In this document: in pieces, positions 11,471 to 25,400 of the stretch
Position numbering within the stretch: position 1 is the stretch's first letter
Layout: the number at the start of each line of letters is the position of its first letter
Origin: Octopus bimaculoides
Lineage: Eukaryota
DNA length: 64,000 nt
Reading direction: 5' to 3'
NCBI RefSeq assembly: GCF_001194135.2
Contig: NC_068990.1
Coordinates: forward strand, 55,551,874 to 55,615,873
The notes under the pieces: generated by a model
Database searches by the model: none
The model's input: only the letters and a program-made list of their open reading frames with translations
Told to the model about the DNA's origin: nothing
Position numbers and translations under genes: made by a program

Positions 11471-12404
11471 ATGTATGCATGTATGTTTGCGTGTGTATGC
11501 ACGTATGCACGTATGTACGTATGTATGTATGTTTGTATGTATGTATGTATGTATATGTGTGTGTATGTATGTATGTGTGTGTATGTATGTATGTATGTAT
11601 GTATGCATGTATGTACGCATGTATGTGTGTGTGAGTGTATGTATGTGTGTGTATGTATGTATATATGTATGTATGTGTGTATGTATGTATGTGAGTATGT
11701 AAGTACATACGCGTACGAGAGATGAGGCTTCCTGTTACAAACGTAGGGCAGTCCCTACTCAGATTAACGATATATTAATACTAGCAAAATACAACAGTTT
11801 AGTCGTCGAATTGGTGAATTCGTTAGAGCGTCGGCCAGAGTAGCTTTTGTTAGATGACCCGGTTTCTTCCACTTCTAGATCAAATCCATTCGAGATCAAC
11901 TTTGCATTTCAATCTCTTTTGGAGACGGTAAAAACTACCAATCCAGCGGGATAGGATGCCGGATGAGTCAGAGTTTCGAACAAGGTACCCACTTGCATAT
12001 GGCGTAGCTATAGTGTGTTTCGCTCGGATCAGGCTTTAAGTTTTCCGCTCCACTCGTCCAAGCCTATGCAATTTATTCAGTAGGCTCCCAAAGTGTGCCC
12101 TCCTCTCCACCATAGAAGCATTGCCCGAGTGGACGGTCCCCTGCCTCCCTTATCAACTACGCTACTGGAGATACCTTGTTTCACCCACTATAATAGTACA
12201 TACCTTTGCTCCCCTGTCCCAAACAACAATATCCAACCTGTTATGTTTACATTTGACAGAAATTTTGATGGGAATATTTCACCAGTATTCAAGAACGGAA
12301 AACATCCAGATAGTTAGGTGATACAAAAAAGGGACAACAAAACATCCAGACAGACGATACAAAGAAAACAAGGACGGGTCATTCGGAGTTTTCTTTCCTC
12401 ACTT

Positions 12405-12900
12405 AAGTTGGTGTTAATGAATGTATTCCATAACAGAAGGATTTTCTAAGTTTATTTCAGGACAGTCTTTTTTGCGGATGGCATTGTAAATTGATTTAGC
12501 AACAACATCGTACCGCATAGGGAGGTAGTACCGTGACGTATTTTAGGACAGCTGCTAATCACATGCGTAATGTCTTCCAAAGAAACATGACATAGCCTAC
12601 ACATGCGTTGCACTTTGGGATTACAAGAGCGTGATTGTCTCTTTTGTTCACTAGGTACTTTGAGGCAACCTCCTGTCCCTGGATTGCAAACGCATAGCCT
12701 TCAAAGTGTGATGTAGTGGTCATTCTGCTGTGTCAATTCTACTGTCTTCTTCAAGCTTCCGGGCAACATACCTTTGCATAGTCTTTTTCTTTTTTGTATG
12801 TTGAGTGCTTTCCACCCAGGTCTTCTCTGAGGTAAGAGAGCCCAGCTGTTTTGGGGCTGTATAGGAGAACATCAGGAAGAGAGTGCTTCTTGAGGAGCAC
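12405..12900 (-). mobile_element. Truncated R4/Dong-like RLE non-LTR fragment
   Basis: Minus-strand pieces HFEGYAFAIQGQEVASKYL, C..LEDITHVISSCPK, RYDVVAKSIYNAIRKKDCPE correspond to the linker and CCHC knuckle of RLE elements. Confidence 0.7.
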
Positions 12901-13683
12901 ACTGTCAACTCGTACGTACGTATGTATGTATGTATGTATGTGTGTATGTATGTATGTATGCATGTATGTATGTATGTATGTATGTATAAATGCATATACA
13001 CATTTGCACACACACACACACATGTATATATGTATGTTTGCATGTTTGCTTGTGCATATCTATGTCATTTTTGTTTTATGATTTCTATAGTTATACCTAT
13101 GCGCTTTCGATAACACTGTCTCAGTCAACCAGCTTTTATGCTTACGTTTACCTTTATGTGCATTGATGTTTATGTCTGTGTATGTGTATAACTTATCTGT
13201 AATCGCGCGCGCGCGCGCATAATGTGTCTGTCCACATTAGAATTCGGAATTGTTGTCGCTTTAATGGATATGCTTTAAAACAAATGAATTTTGAATAAAG
13301 TTATTCCTACATACATACATACATACATACATACATGTACATAAATATATATACGTATATATATGTATGTACACACGCAGATGCACACACATATATGGCT
13401 ATTTTTGTTTACCGCAGACCCGACCAACGCTAACTTAGCAGACCTACGTTGAAAGCCTTTCCAACCGTGACCCATACGATGACCTATAGGTCATAATTTT
13501 GTGGCTTTCCAACACGATGACGTGACACCCGATCGTCCAGATGAAACCACGGGTCGTGATTTGTAATTTCCATAGGTTTATAAATTTACGCGCGCGCGCT
13601 CACACACACACACACACACATACACACACACACTTCAAAAATCCTGTGGGGTGAAGCACTTTTTCAGGTGTACAGCACAAAAG

Positions 13684-13720
<37 letters not shown>

Positions 13721-13945
13721 ATATATATATACATACGCACGCACGCACACACACATATATAATTGTATATGTATGTTGCAGAAGTACATGATCATGATGA
13801 TGATAATAATGGTTGTGGTGGTGGTGGTTGGTAGAAAGAGCGGAAGAAGAAGAAGAGCGGAGATTAGTAGATGCTGCAAGAAGTGACATTGTCAGTTAAG
13901 CAATATCATTACATCACGGTTTTCCTCATCTCCCTTTTTTAAAAA

Positions 13946-13994
<49 letters not shown>

Positions 13995-14447
13995 ATTATC
14001 ATTATTATTATTATTATTGATATTATTATTTAATTAGCGCTACTGTAATTCGGATACATTTTGCCAGTGCAGTTTCAGCTTTTCTCGCCTTGGCTTTAAT
14101 CCACATCGTAAACAATTTGACTGTATCTATGCAGCTGTACTGCTATTTAACAGATTAAAATACACGCCGGACTGTTTATACATTTCTGAAAATATATAAA
14201 TATATATCCCAACAGTGTGTTTAATTTTGATTTTGAAGTATCTAAAAAACCTGGAAAAATATTAAGAAATTGAAACGATGTAAAAATACAGACGAACAAA
14301 GATATCGTACACTAGCAAATACGTGTAAATACATACATGTATGCATAAATACATACATGCATACATACATGTATACACATACACATGTCTATACATGTAG
14401 ATAACATATCCAGTTGTGTGTATGCTCGCACATTCATATGAACGTTG

Positions 14448-14487
<40 letters not shown>

Positions 14488-14798
14488 CTATGCCCGTTAA
14501 CGTTTTCTAAATTTCAATGAAAGAGCCTTGTTTGACGGTTTGAAAACTTGCTCGTTCACTATTTAATTTACATTTTAGAAATAAAATCCCGGAAATAAAA
14601 AAAAGAAACCCAGAAGACCGCATATGGTTGAAATATGGAAGACTTTTAAAAATATTCTATATGTACCACTTCACCGTTGTTGTTATCTATAATTGCATGC
14701 AGTGGAGAGTTGTTTGTAAGAGGCCAGCTCTTTTCCATTGAAAGAATCCAAATAATTAGAAAAGAAATATAACACACACACACACAGTGAGAGAGAGG

Positions 14799-14829
<31 letters not shown>

Positions 14830-16034
14830 AGGGAGAGAAAGAGGGAAAGAGAGAGAGAGAAATTCACAAAACACATACATGTTTACATTATACATACTTA
14901 GATAAAAACTTGCTCCTAATCGTACGTACACCTACACTTAAATAGCTTTGAGTCTATCAGCACAAGTATATTAACACACGTACGCATTTCTATACATTCA
15001 TATACACATATATAAATATGTACAAACATACATACATATACACTGGAAAACAAACATCAGTATTGACACACATATATATTAATACAAGCTAACATATTGG
15101 AATACAAAAGGATTAAGATAATAACAATAATAATGATGATAATAAAAAGATAAATAAATACATAAATGATGAAGTCTTAAAAATATAACATGTCTTGACA
15201 AACTAGTGGTGTCCAGGGTTTCGGAATATCCGATAGAAAATGCTGCGTGGAGAAGTCAGATCGGGAATTAATTAAGAACACAAAACAATATCCACGAATC
15301 CACGACGTACGAGCCCGGAAGACGACGTCAACTATTTCACCGATATGTCTCAAGCATGGTAACTATAACTATGTTAACGACAAGCATTTCTCAAAAGTGG
15401 AGTATGGTTTCATTAAAATCGCCATTGGTCGGTTCGACATGAAAATAAACAAGATTCGAAAAGACAATGTTTCGAACTTCACCACGGCGGTAGTTAATGT
15501 AGTCAACAGGATGGCATCTCTTAAATAGAAAACCGACGTTTCTCTGAGAAACATGAATTGTTTTCGAATAAAAACAAATTGTTTCTAGAGACAGACAAGC
15601 TGTTTCTAGAACGCTAGGTATTCTTTAATGATGGAGATGAATTCGTTGAGTAAGAACAATTACCCTGGAGTTAAGCTTGACACACAACACCTGCATGAAC
15701 ATATACTTCACAACTCGAGTGTATTCTATATAGGTAAAACGAACTTCTTTCACTATTTTTGTCAGGTTTTACGTTATATCACCCATTTCTACCCGGTTAT
15801 CTTGTTTTTATTATTTTTGTCTTTGTATCTCTGTTGTTCTTTTACAGACATTTTTGCTAGTATGCATAATTGCAGGCGATCTGAACGTTCGTGCGCAAAA
15901 TGATAAATTACATACGTATACGTGCGTCTGTATGTGTGTACATATATGTGTGTATGGTTGTGTATATATACACACACACACCACACATACACACCACACA
16001 CACACATATATATATATGTATGCATGAGTATATA

Positions 16035-16070
<36 letters not shown>

Positions 16071-16440
16071 TGTATGTATGTATGTATGTATGTATGTTCT
16101 CTTTCTCTTTTTTATTCAGAATAAATTTTGACTGGCTACCTAGTTTGTAGTAAGTATGTTGTTTAGTTCATCATCCTTTAAATCTTAAGAAGATCTCGCA
16201 GATTTTTATAATCCTAGATATCGGGGTCATTTGTAGCGTATGAAATGAAGATTTGCATTCTCTCCCCAAGAACCCAAGTTTAACTACACTTTACTCCAAA
16301 CGGGTTGGTATGTATCCTGTTACTCCAGTAATAATAGGTATGAAGCTGAAAGTGTATGTATGTATGTATGTATGTATGTATGTATGTATGTATGTATGTA
16401 TGTACGTATGTATGTATGTATGTATGTATGTATGTATGTA

Positions 16441-16606
16441 TGCATGTACAAACTATAATTAAACGTACGTACATATGTATGTACAAACTATAATTAAATG
16501 TACGTATGTATGTATGTATGTACAAACTATAATTAAACGTACGTACATATGTATGTACAAACTATAATTAAATGTATGTACATATGTATGTACAAACTAT
16601 AATTAA
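16441..16606. repeat. Minisatellite, 5 copies of a 35-39 bp unit containing tacaaactataattaa
   Basis: The core recurs at about 16447, 16482, 16521, 16556 and 16591. Confidence 0.9.
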
Positions 16607-16924
16607 GTGTGCTCAAACTGTAAACTCATACACAGTTTACAAACAACGTATACGTACTTATTTATAGACTAAAAAAAAACAAATATCATCTCCACATAAA
16701 CAAATAAACTACGCATACTTACTCCCTCCTTATACATATGTATATAATACGCACATTTGCATGTGTGTGTGTGTGTGTGTGTGTTTGAGTTTAGAAGCAG
16801 AAGAAATTGAACTCATTACTCAAAGCAAGTTTTTTTTTTGAGTAACCGATAAGTGTACTGGCACGAAACTCTGGGTCCTTAAATCACAGTAGATTCTCAG
16901 CTAATAATAATAATAATAATAATA

Positions 16925-17024
<100 letters not shown>

Positions 17025-17037
17025 TAATAATAATAAT

Positions 17038-17550
17038 AAATGCCCTGATGCAGTACCAGGCAGTGACTCTCATGGCTTCTGATCTTAACTGATTGGAAGG
17101 TGTTATATACATTGTTTTGTCTTGGTATAAAAGATGGGCTACAACAAATATTTTGCTCAATACCACAGATTTCCTTGTCAGTTGTTTGAACTTAACCAGT
17201 TGAGCTTGTTCCTTAGTAGCTGACGATATGTGCACCTCTGACCACGAGGAGAGCATCATAGCCATGTGTTGAAAGGAATTCTTTGGGGTTTGGATAATTC
17301 ACCTTTGGCAACATGGGTGTTTCGTTCAACATCCTTAAACAGCCTTTATTCAGGGACCTTTTGAGCGGGATGGTCTATTCAACCTGAAGAAAATTCTGAG
17401 TCCCACTTGCAAGGTCATTCGCTGTTTATCTTGCTATGAGATCACCATGTTGCGCACATATAGTTATGATGCATGTGCCTGGTGTACCCTTATCAAACAG
17501 GTAGTCATGATGGGTATACTGGGCTTCGTATATTTTACCCTAGTGTCAAA
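17038..17550 (+). mobile_element. (AAT)n-embedded ~550-bp non-coding element (family D)
   Basis: Begins aaatgccctgatgcagtaccaggcagtg immediately after (AAT/GAT)n. Homologous to copies at 18171, 39672 and 63319. Strand is arbitrary, chosen so that the flanks read AAT. Confidence 0.85.
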
Positions 17551-17551
17551 G

Positions 17552-17900
17552 ATAGCAATTTTGAGAGAGGAAATGAGTTGATTACATCAACTTCAGTGTT
17601 TCGCTGGTAATTAATTTATCGACCTCGAAAGGATGAAAGGTAAAGTCGACCTCAGCGGAGTTTGAACTCAGAACGTAAGGACGGGCGAAATGGTTTCAAA
17701 TTTTGGTACATGGCCGGCAATTTCGGGGAACGGGCTAAATCGATTACATCGACCCCAGTATTCGACTGGTACTTATTTTATTGATACCGAAGGTTGAAAG
17801 ACAAAGTCACCCTCGGAATTTGAACTCAGAATGCAAAGACGGACGAAATGTCGCTACACATTTTGCCCGGGGTGTTAACAATTCTGCCTGCTCGCAGGAT
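17552..17900 (-). mobile_element. Two adjacent SINE family A copies
   Basis: Two successive blocks of the form atcgac..gaaaggatgaaagg.aaagtcgacctc.gcggaatttgaactcagaa. Confidence 0.8.
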
Positions 17901-18018
17901 CCACATTCGGGTTGTCTCTATTTTCAGATCTTTGTATTTCAAGAGTGTCTCTATATATTTTTAGAGATTCATTTATAAAAAAAACAAAAACAACAACAAC
18001 AACAACAACAACAACAGC

Positions 18019-18079
<61 letters not shown>

Positions 18080-18120
18080 NNNNNNNNNNAACAACAACAA
18101 CAACAACAACAATAATAATG

Positions 18121-18165
<45 letters not shown>

Positions 18166-18170
18166 GTAAT

Positions 18171-18728
18171 AAATGCCCTGATGCAGTGCCAAGCTGTGGC
18201 TCTCATGGCATTTGAACTTAGCTGATTGGAAGTGTTATCATGTACGTGTTTCGTCTTGGTATAAAAGATGGGCTACAGCAAATATTCTGCTCAATACCAC
18301 AGATTTTGCTTGTCAGTTGTTTGACCTTAACCAGTTGAGCATACCCCTTAGTGGCTGACGATATGTGCATTTCTAATCACGAGCAAAAGTAGTGAGGAGC
18401 ATCATAGCCATGTGTTGAGAGGAATTCTTTGAGGCTTGAATAATTCCCCCCTGGAAACATGGGTGTTTCGTTCAACATTTTTAAGCATCCCTTATTGAAG
18501 GACCGTTTGAGTGGTATGGGCTACTTGACTTGATGAAAATTCTAACTGGGCCCCACCTGCAACGTTATGCTTTATTTATCTTGATATGAGACCACTATGT
18601 CGCGCACATATGGTCGTGATGCATGTGCCTGGTGTACCTTTATCAAACAGGTAGTCATGATGGGTATATTGGGTTTCGCATATTTGTACCCCAGTATCAC
18701 TTTGATAACATGCGCTGCTCTCTCACTT
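18171..18728 (+). mobile_element. Family D, full-length copy with (AAT)n on both sides
   Basis: aaatgccctgatgcagtgcc...gctgctctctcact, bounded by AAT arrays at 18110-18170 and 18729-18800. Confidence 0.9.
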
Positions 18729-18729
18729 G

Positions 18730-18805
<76 letters not shown>

Positions 18806-19625
18806 TGATGATGATGATGAATTCTTTTATTGGCTATAAGTGCCAAAGACAAGGTGTTGTCTGTGTGTCTGTGTGTGCGTGTGTGTGTGTTTATGCAGGT
18901 GTGTGTGTCTATGAAGCGATGTATGCTTATATGTGTGTATGTATGTCTTTATAAATGTATGTATGTATGTATGTATGTATGTATGTATGTATGTGTGTAT
19001 GTATATATGAATGTAAGAGTGCATGAATGTATGTATGGATTTATGAATGTTTGCCAACATCGTAAGAGAGAGATTTGATGTGAAAAGTAATTTTTAAATC
19101 TGTCAGAATAATGTTAAATTGGTGAATAAACTGTATTTCTCTCATTTATGCCTCCACCACTCTGCCGCCATCACTAAATAATCAGTCGCTTATCTATCTG
19201 ATCTGTGTCGGGTTAGGTCGGCTAATTGTAGAGAAAAACGTCGGAAAACACGGTTTAAACGGCGGTTCTCTATACCTGCACGTCTGCCGTTGACGGTGAT
19301 GTATGTTGTTTTTTCCTCTTTTTTTGTTAATTATTTGAATTCTTTCCATGGAGAGGAAGCTTGTTTCTATGGAAAAAAACCCCAGCAAAAAACAACAACA
19401 AAAAACAAAGCTTCGTCGCTAGAATTTGGTAGCAAAAACGATATTACTTGTTGAATTTTAGAGAAGTCTTGTCTATATTTACTTCACTATTAAAAGAATG
19501 TATTTGTAAAATGCTTCTTAGCTTCTTTCTTTCTTTCACTGAGAATCCTGGAGTATAAAGATTGTTTCATAAGCATTTACGAACATAGACAAATGAACAA
19601 ATAATTATTGGAACATAAATTCATT

Positions 19626-19657
<32 letters not shown>

Positions 19658-20304
19658 TGTATGTATGTCTGTATGTACGTTTGTATGTATGTATGCATGC
19701 GTGTACGTATGTATGAATGTAAGTAAATATGTATGTATGTATGCGTGTATGAATGTATGTATGTATGTATGTATGTGCGTGTGTATGTATGTATGTATGT
19801 ATGTATGTATGTATGTATGTATGTATACATGCTCTCTTCTGTTTTTAATTATTTGAATTCTTCCTCTGAGAAAGGAGTTGGTTTCTCACAAAGATACAAA
19901 GCTTTATCGTTAGAATGTAGATAACGAAAACAATGTCTCATTTTAAACTCGAGAAAAGTCTTGCATATTTTTACTGTTCCACTTACAGATTGTATTTGTA
20001 ATGTGCGAGTTAGTTGATTGAATTCGTTTTCTGAAAACTCTAGCTTACCTAAGTTGTTTGTCATCTAGTCATTTACTGTCACCTGGGCATTTACTGTCAC
20101 TTAGGCAACATTCTGTTCTATTTTTTGAAATCTTTCTGTAAGGAAGGCGCTGGTTTCTAACAAAAGACACAAAGCTCCATCTTTGGATTGCAGATAGCAA
20201 AAACTGTTATATTTTGAACTTGAGAAAAGTTTTGTATACTTTAACTGTTCTGCTTACAGATTTTATTTGCAATGTGCGTGTTAGCTGATTGTTAGTTCTA
20301 CATA

Positions 20305-20474
20305 GGCGCAGGCTTGGCTGTGTGGTAAGAAGTTTGCGTCCCAACCATGTGGTTCCGGATCCAATCCCGCTGCGTACCACCTTGGGTAAGTGCCTTCTAC
20401 TATAGGCCAGGGCCGACCAAAGCCTTGTGAGCGAATTTAATAGATGGAAACTAAAAGAAGCCCGTCGTATATAT
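20305..20474 (+). mobile_element. SINE family B (tRNA head plus CORE), 5' half
   Basis: ggcgcaggcttggctgtgtggtaag...accttgggtaagtgccttctactatagg...gaagcccgtcgtatata. Confidence 0.85.
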
Positions 20475-20654
20475 ANNNNNNNNNNGCAAGATCCCGACTC
20501 ACTCTTGTCTGAGATAAGAAAATGGGGCCTTGCATCCCTTCAGGACCAAGTTACATTAATTCACACCAGACAACAAACAACAGACAACATTATTAGTTGT
20601 ACGAAAATGCACTAACACCGGTTGTCAAGCGGTGGTGGGAGATAAACACAGACA

Positions 20655-20708
<54 letters not shown>

Positions 20709-21733
20709 NNNNNNNNNNNNNNNNNNNNNNNNNNNNNNNNNNNNNNNNNNNNNNNNNNNNNNNNNNNNNNNNNNNNNNNNNNNNNNNNNNNNNNNNNNNN
20801 NNNNNNNNNNNNNNNNNNNNNNNNNNNNNNNNNNNNNNNNNNNNNNNNNNNNNNNNNNNNNNNNNNNNNNNNNNNNNNNNNNNNNNNNNNNNNNNNNNNN
20901 NNNNNNNNNNNNNNNNNNNNNNNNNNNNNNNNNNNNNNNNNNNNNNNNNNNNNNNNNNNNNNNNNNNNNNNNNNNNNNNNNNNNNNNNNNNNNNNNNNNN
21001 NNNNNNNNNNNNNNNNNNNNNNNNNNNNNNNNNNNNNNNNNNNNNNNNNNNNNNNNNNNNNNNNNNNNNNNNNNNNNNNNNNNNNNNNNNNNNNNNNNNN
21101 NNNNNNNNNNNNNNNNNNNNNNNNNNNNNNNNNNNNNNNNNNNNNNNNNNNNNNNNNNNNNNNNNNNNNNNNNNNNNNNNNNNNNNNNNNNNNNNNNNNN
21201 NNNNNNNNNNNNNNNNNNNNNNNNNNNNNNNNNNNNNNNNNNNNNNNNNNNNNNNNNNNNNNNNNNNNNNNNNNNNNNNNNNNNNNNNNNNNNNNNNNNN
21301 NNNNNNNNNNNNNNNNNNNNNNNNNNNNNNNNNNNNNNNNNNNNNNNNNNNNNNNNNNNNNNNNNNNNNNNNNNNNNNNNNNNNNNNNNNNNNNNNNNNN
21401 NNNNNNNNNNNNNNNNNNNNNNNNNNNNNNNNNNNNNNNNNNNNNNNNNNNNNNNNNNNNNNNNNNNNNNNNNNNNNNNNNNNNNNNNNNNNNNNNNNNN
21501 NNNNNNNNNNNNNNNNNNNNNNNNNNNNNNNNNNNNNNNNNNNNNNNNNNNNNNNNNNNNNNNNNNNNNNNNNNNNNNNNNNNNNNNNNNNNNNNNNNNN
21601 NNNNNNNNNNNNNNNNNNNNNNNNNNNNNNNNNNNNNNNNNNNNNNNNNNNNNNNNNNNNNNNNNNNNNNNNNNNNNATCGAGTAACCCCACTCCCTAAA
21701 AACTGCAGGGTTTGTGCCCAAAATTTAAAACCC

Positions 21734-21794
<61 letters not shown>

Positions 21795-21974
21795 GTTTTA
21801 CTTCTCTGAGTGCTCGATCTTGTTTGCTCTTGTAGATTCTGTGAGAGCAGACAGCATTCTACTGTCAGAGGTCTCACAGGGTCTCTTTCCACACATTATA
21901 AACTTTGATACTTGGTTGTTAATTATTGTGGGCGACATTCAGAATCCACAATAATAATAATTATTATCCATGTA

Positions 21975-24900
21975 CACACAACAGATTAGACTGTTGGAAA
22001 AGAAAAAATCCTAACATCGGGCTACAACAAGTAACTTTAGATGCCAAGAACCCTCCTAAGTATCCTAGCTGTCCCTAAAAACACTGTTTTCTGCAGCTGT
22101 GCTAAACTGAGTTTTATGCCTATTTCCTCTATCCATTTGTTCAAATCTTTAGGGATAGTTCCCAATGCACCTATAACTACCGCACTTTCCATAGTCTCTA
22201 TAAGTCAATGGCTAGGACCTGGTACTTTGTTATTTTTTCTATAGCTCTCATATTGATTTTTTCATCATTTGGGTCTGTAAAGTCAATCATCAGGCACTTT
22301 CTATTCTCTCTGTCTACTACTACTAAATCAGGCCTTCTAGATTCTATTACTCTGTCAGTCCCACAACATCCTATATTTCTTACTTTCTAGTACTTTACTA
22401 GGTTCATGTTCATACCATTTATCAGTATGTCCAAATCCTAGCTCTCTACATAACCCCCAGTGGATTACTCTCCCTAAGTTGTTATGCCTTTTCTTATATT
22501 CTTACTGTTCCAGCATGTTACGTTCACTTACTATATGAATAAATTTTCCTCTATTGATTTACGTAGCCTACATTGGGAATGTACTTGGTTTTTGTCTATC
22601 TCGGCTTTTATCCAATTAGTCCTTAATGCTTGATCTTGTGCTGCCTAACTTTCTGTCTTTTTTTTCAGACTTCCTTTCTGCAACCATAATCATGTCTAAC
22701 TACTACTATTTGCGCAACCATATTTGGGAATCTTCTATGCAAAGCCTTCTCCTGCCAGTTAGATAACTTTTTCTTTCTCTGGTTTTTAGCCTCGTTTGGC
22801 TTTTGGTTTCCCTATGCTTTCCTGTGTCTCTAGCAGCTTTTAATAAACGTTTTTCACTATTACCAACATAGGAACCTATATCTACTCTAGCTAACTTCAC
22901 GCAGTCTTCTATTGATATTAACCCTCTTCCACCTTCCTTTCTAGGTAGGTATAATCTTGCTACTCCTGCCCTTGCGTGGAGTCTCCATTTATATTAAATT
23001 CCTTCCTAGTTCTTCTGTCCAGCTTTGGCAATTCAGTTTTTGTCCAATCTACAAAAGCTTCTAAGTATCTAAGTAATGATACTAAGCAAGTATTTACAGC
23101 CTTCACAAGATTCGGACCATTTAACTTTGACTTCATTAGTTTCCTTACCATTCTGATGTACTCCTCAATTTTCGTTTTCATTTCTATAGTTAGTACTCTG
23201 CAAGATTCTAAGACTCTTAGATACTTATAACTCTCTTCTCCTTTTAATGATTTTAATGTCTGGCCATCTGGTAATTGGATGTCTTCACTGCTGACTACAT
23301 GTCCCCTTCCCATGACTAATATTGCACATTTATCTATGCCAAATTCCATGCCTACATCTTCGCCGAAGAGTCTTACAGTCTGTATTAAGGAATCTATCTC
23401 TTTTTCATTCTAACTAAAAAGCTTCAGATCATCCATGTGGAGCAAATGGCCAATTTTGCCCTTACTATCTGAACTGATACCCTGCCTTTGCCTTCCTTAA
23501 TATTAAACAGGGGGTATCAAACATAAGACAAATATTAAAGGGAATAACGAGTCCCCTTGGAAAATTTCTCTCTTGATATTAACTTTCCCCAAGAGTGTGT
23601 CACCTAAGTAGAGATCTACTTTCCATTTCTTCATGCTAAATTTAATTAATTCTCTTATTTTGTCTGCAATACTGAATATACTCAAACATTCACTTACCCA
23701 TGCGTGTGGGATCACGTCATAGGATTTCTTATAATCTATCCATGCTTTTGTTAGATTTTTCTTTCTAGCCTTTACTTCATTTAGAACTGCTTTGTCTATG
23801 TATAATAGATCATGCGTTCCTCTAGTCTTCTTCCTGCAACCTTTCTGTTCTTCTGGCAGTAAATTCTGGTTGTCAAGGTGCTCGTAAATGCTTTTTGAAA
23901 GCATTCCTGTTAACAGCTTCCACGCTAATGGTAGGCACGTGTTTGGGCTATGATTACTAGCTGTATTACCCTTGCTTTTATCTTTCATAAGGAGTATTGT
24001 TTTCCCTCTAGTCATCCAATCTAGTATTATTCTTCCATTAAGGCAATCCTGGAGTTGTTCCATCAGCCTCTCATGTAAACTACTAAATTCCTTTAGCCAG
24101 TACCCTTGAACTAAATCTGGTCTTGGGCCCTTCCAATTCGGCATTTTCCCTAACACTTTACTCGTTAATGCATTAGTTAGTCTTAGATCTGTCTGCTTCT
24201 CACTCACTACTTCTTCTCTCACTTTCTTTGACCATACTGCATCTCCATTATGATTGACTGGTTTATCCCAAATATTACTTCAGAACTTTCTAGCTTCTTC
24301 TGTATTAAGCTTCTCATCTTCAGAACTTCGTCCTCCAATATTTATTTGGTAATAAAATTTCCTCTGGTCTGTGTCAAATAATCTATTCTGTTGATACTGA
24401 TCTATTCTTTTCTGATATCTTGAGAGCTTACCTGCCACTGCTATGATACGCTGTTTCAACTCTTCTATGACTCCCAAATCCTTTCTCTTTGACTAAGTAT
24501 CTTTTCTTAAGAGAAGATTTCCATCTTGTGTTTCCTAACTTGTTCAGCTTCCAGGCTTCTCTTCTATTCAGATTTTATCTTAAAGTCTTCACTTTATTTT
24601 GTAATCTCCTTTTCCACATTTGCCCTTTTTTTAATCTTTCCTTGTGGAATATCTAATCTTCTAGTAACCACAACCCCTCCTGCATAGATCAATAAGTTAG
24701 TGTCTCCTATATTTTTAGTAGCTATCCTATTGATAACAGAATTCAGTTTCCTAGTCATATCTAGCAGTTTCCTTCTGTTAATATCTTTTAATGCTGGTAA
24801 TCTTTTTCTTACTTCTTTACTCATTACTTCCTGCAACTCATCTAAAATCTTCTGATCTTCCTCACTTAAATCACTTAAGTTGTTGGTGCCAGTTGCCCCT

Positions 24901-25400
24901 TCCTTAGTAGCGCTATTATTATTTTTTTCTTTAGGTTCTTCTTTGGTTTGCGCTGTATTTCTTATGTTGTTGTTTGTCTTTCCTACTGCCTAGTCTTTCT
25001 TTTCCAGTTCTTTTGTGATCTCTTCCACTTCCAATTCTGTCATCCACTTTCTTCTCATAATAGCATTATCTTGATCAACCAATCTCTGCTCAGACACTTT
25101 GAACATATCCTTCTCTACCCAAAGCGTTAACAACCGTTTTCTATAGCCCTTTCCTCTAGGTTCACTTTCTAAGTAGCACTGTATAACTGTTCCGTTTTCT
25201 TCGCTGGTCCACTTCCTCCTCCTTACTCTATTATCTGTTGATGCTATATTAGGGTAACAGCTGTGGTCGGTCTGCATCTATACTGAACCACTGCCGAGGG
25301 AGAGGTTTTCCCTTAACGATCCAGATTCCTTTTCGCTGTTACAATCAGAGTTTCTTCGGAAACTCCTGTCTCTCATAAACTGAGGTAAGGTAACGTTCGT
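21975..25400 (-). mobile_element. Near full-length decayed R4/Dong-clade RLE non-LTR retrotransposon (family A)
   Basis: In order on the minus strand: N-terminal RRRKWTSEEN..GYRKRL; RT GKMPNWKGP..QGYWLK, LPEEQKGCRK, WIDYKKSYD, IFQGDSLFPL, GMEFGIDKCA, YKYL; CCHC region; RRPDLVVVD..CLMIDF endonuclease; C-terminal LQKTVFLGTARILRRVL*. Frameshifts and stops. The 3' end abuts a short AAT tract. Confidence 0.92.

Noticed and set aside
10661-11725. CMYV, HTYI, YLSI, poly-I and poly-Y ORFs here and throughout the window
   Set aside because: These are translations of microsatellites, not proteins.
12290-12410. Possible hammerhead remnant (minus strand tgaggaaagaaaactccgaa)
   Set aside because: The core is incomplete (no leading CUGA-N-GA context or GAAAC) and is truncated by the adjacent LINE fragment.
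18171-18260. HDV-like or hammerhead ribozyme at the 5' end of family D
   Set aside because: I could not fit the P1/P3/L3 pairing or a CUGANGA...GAAA core by eye. A computational scan is still warranted.
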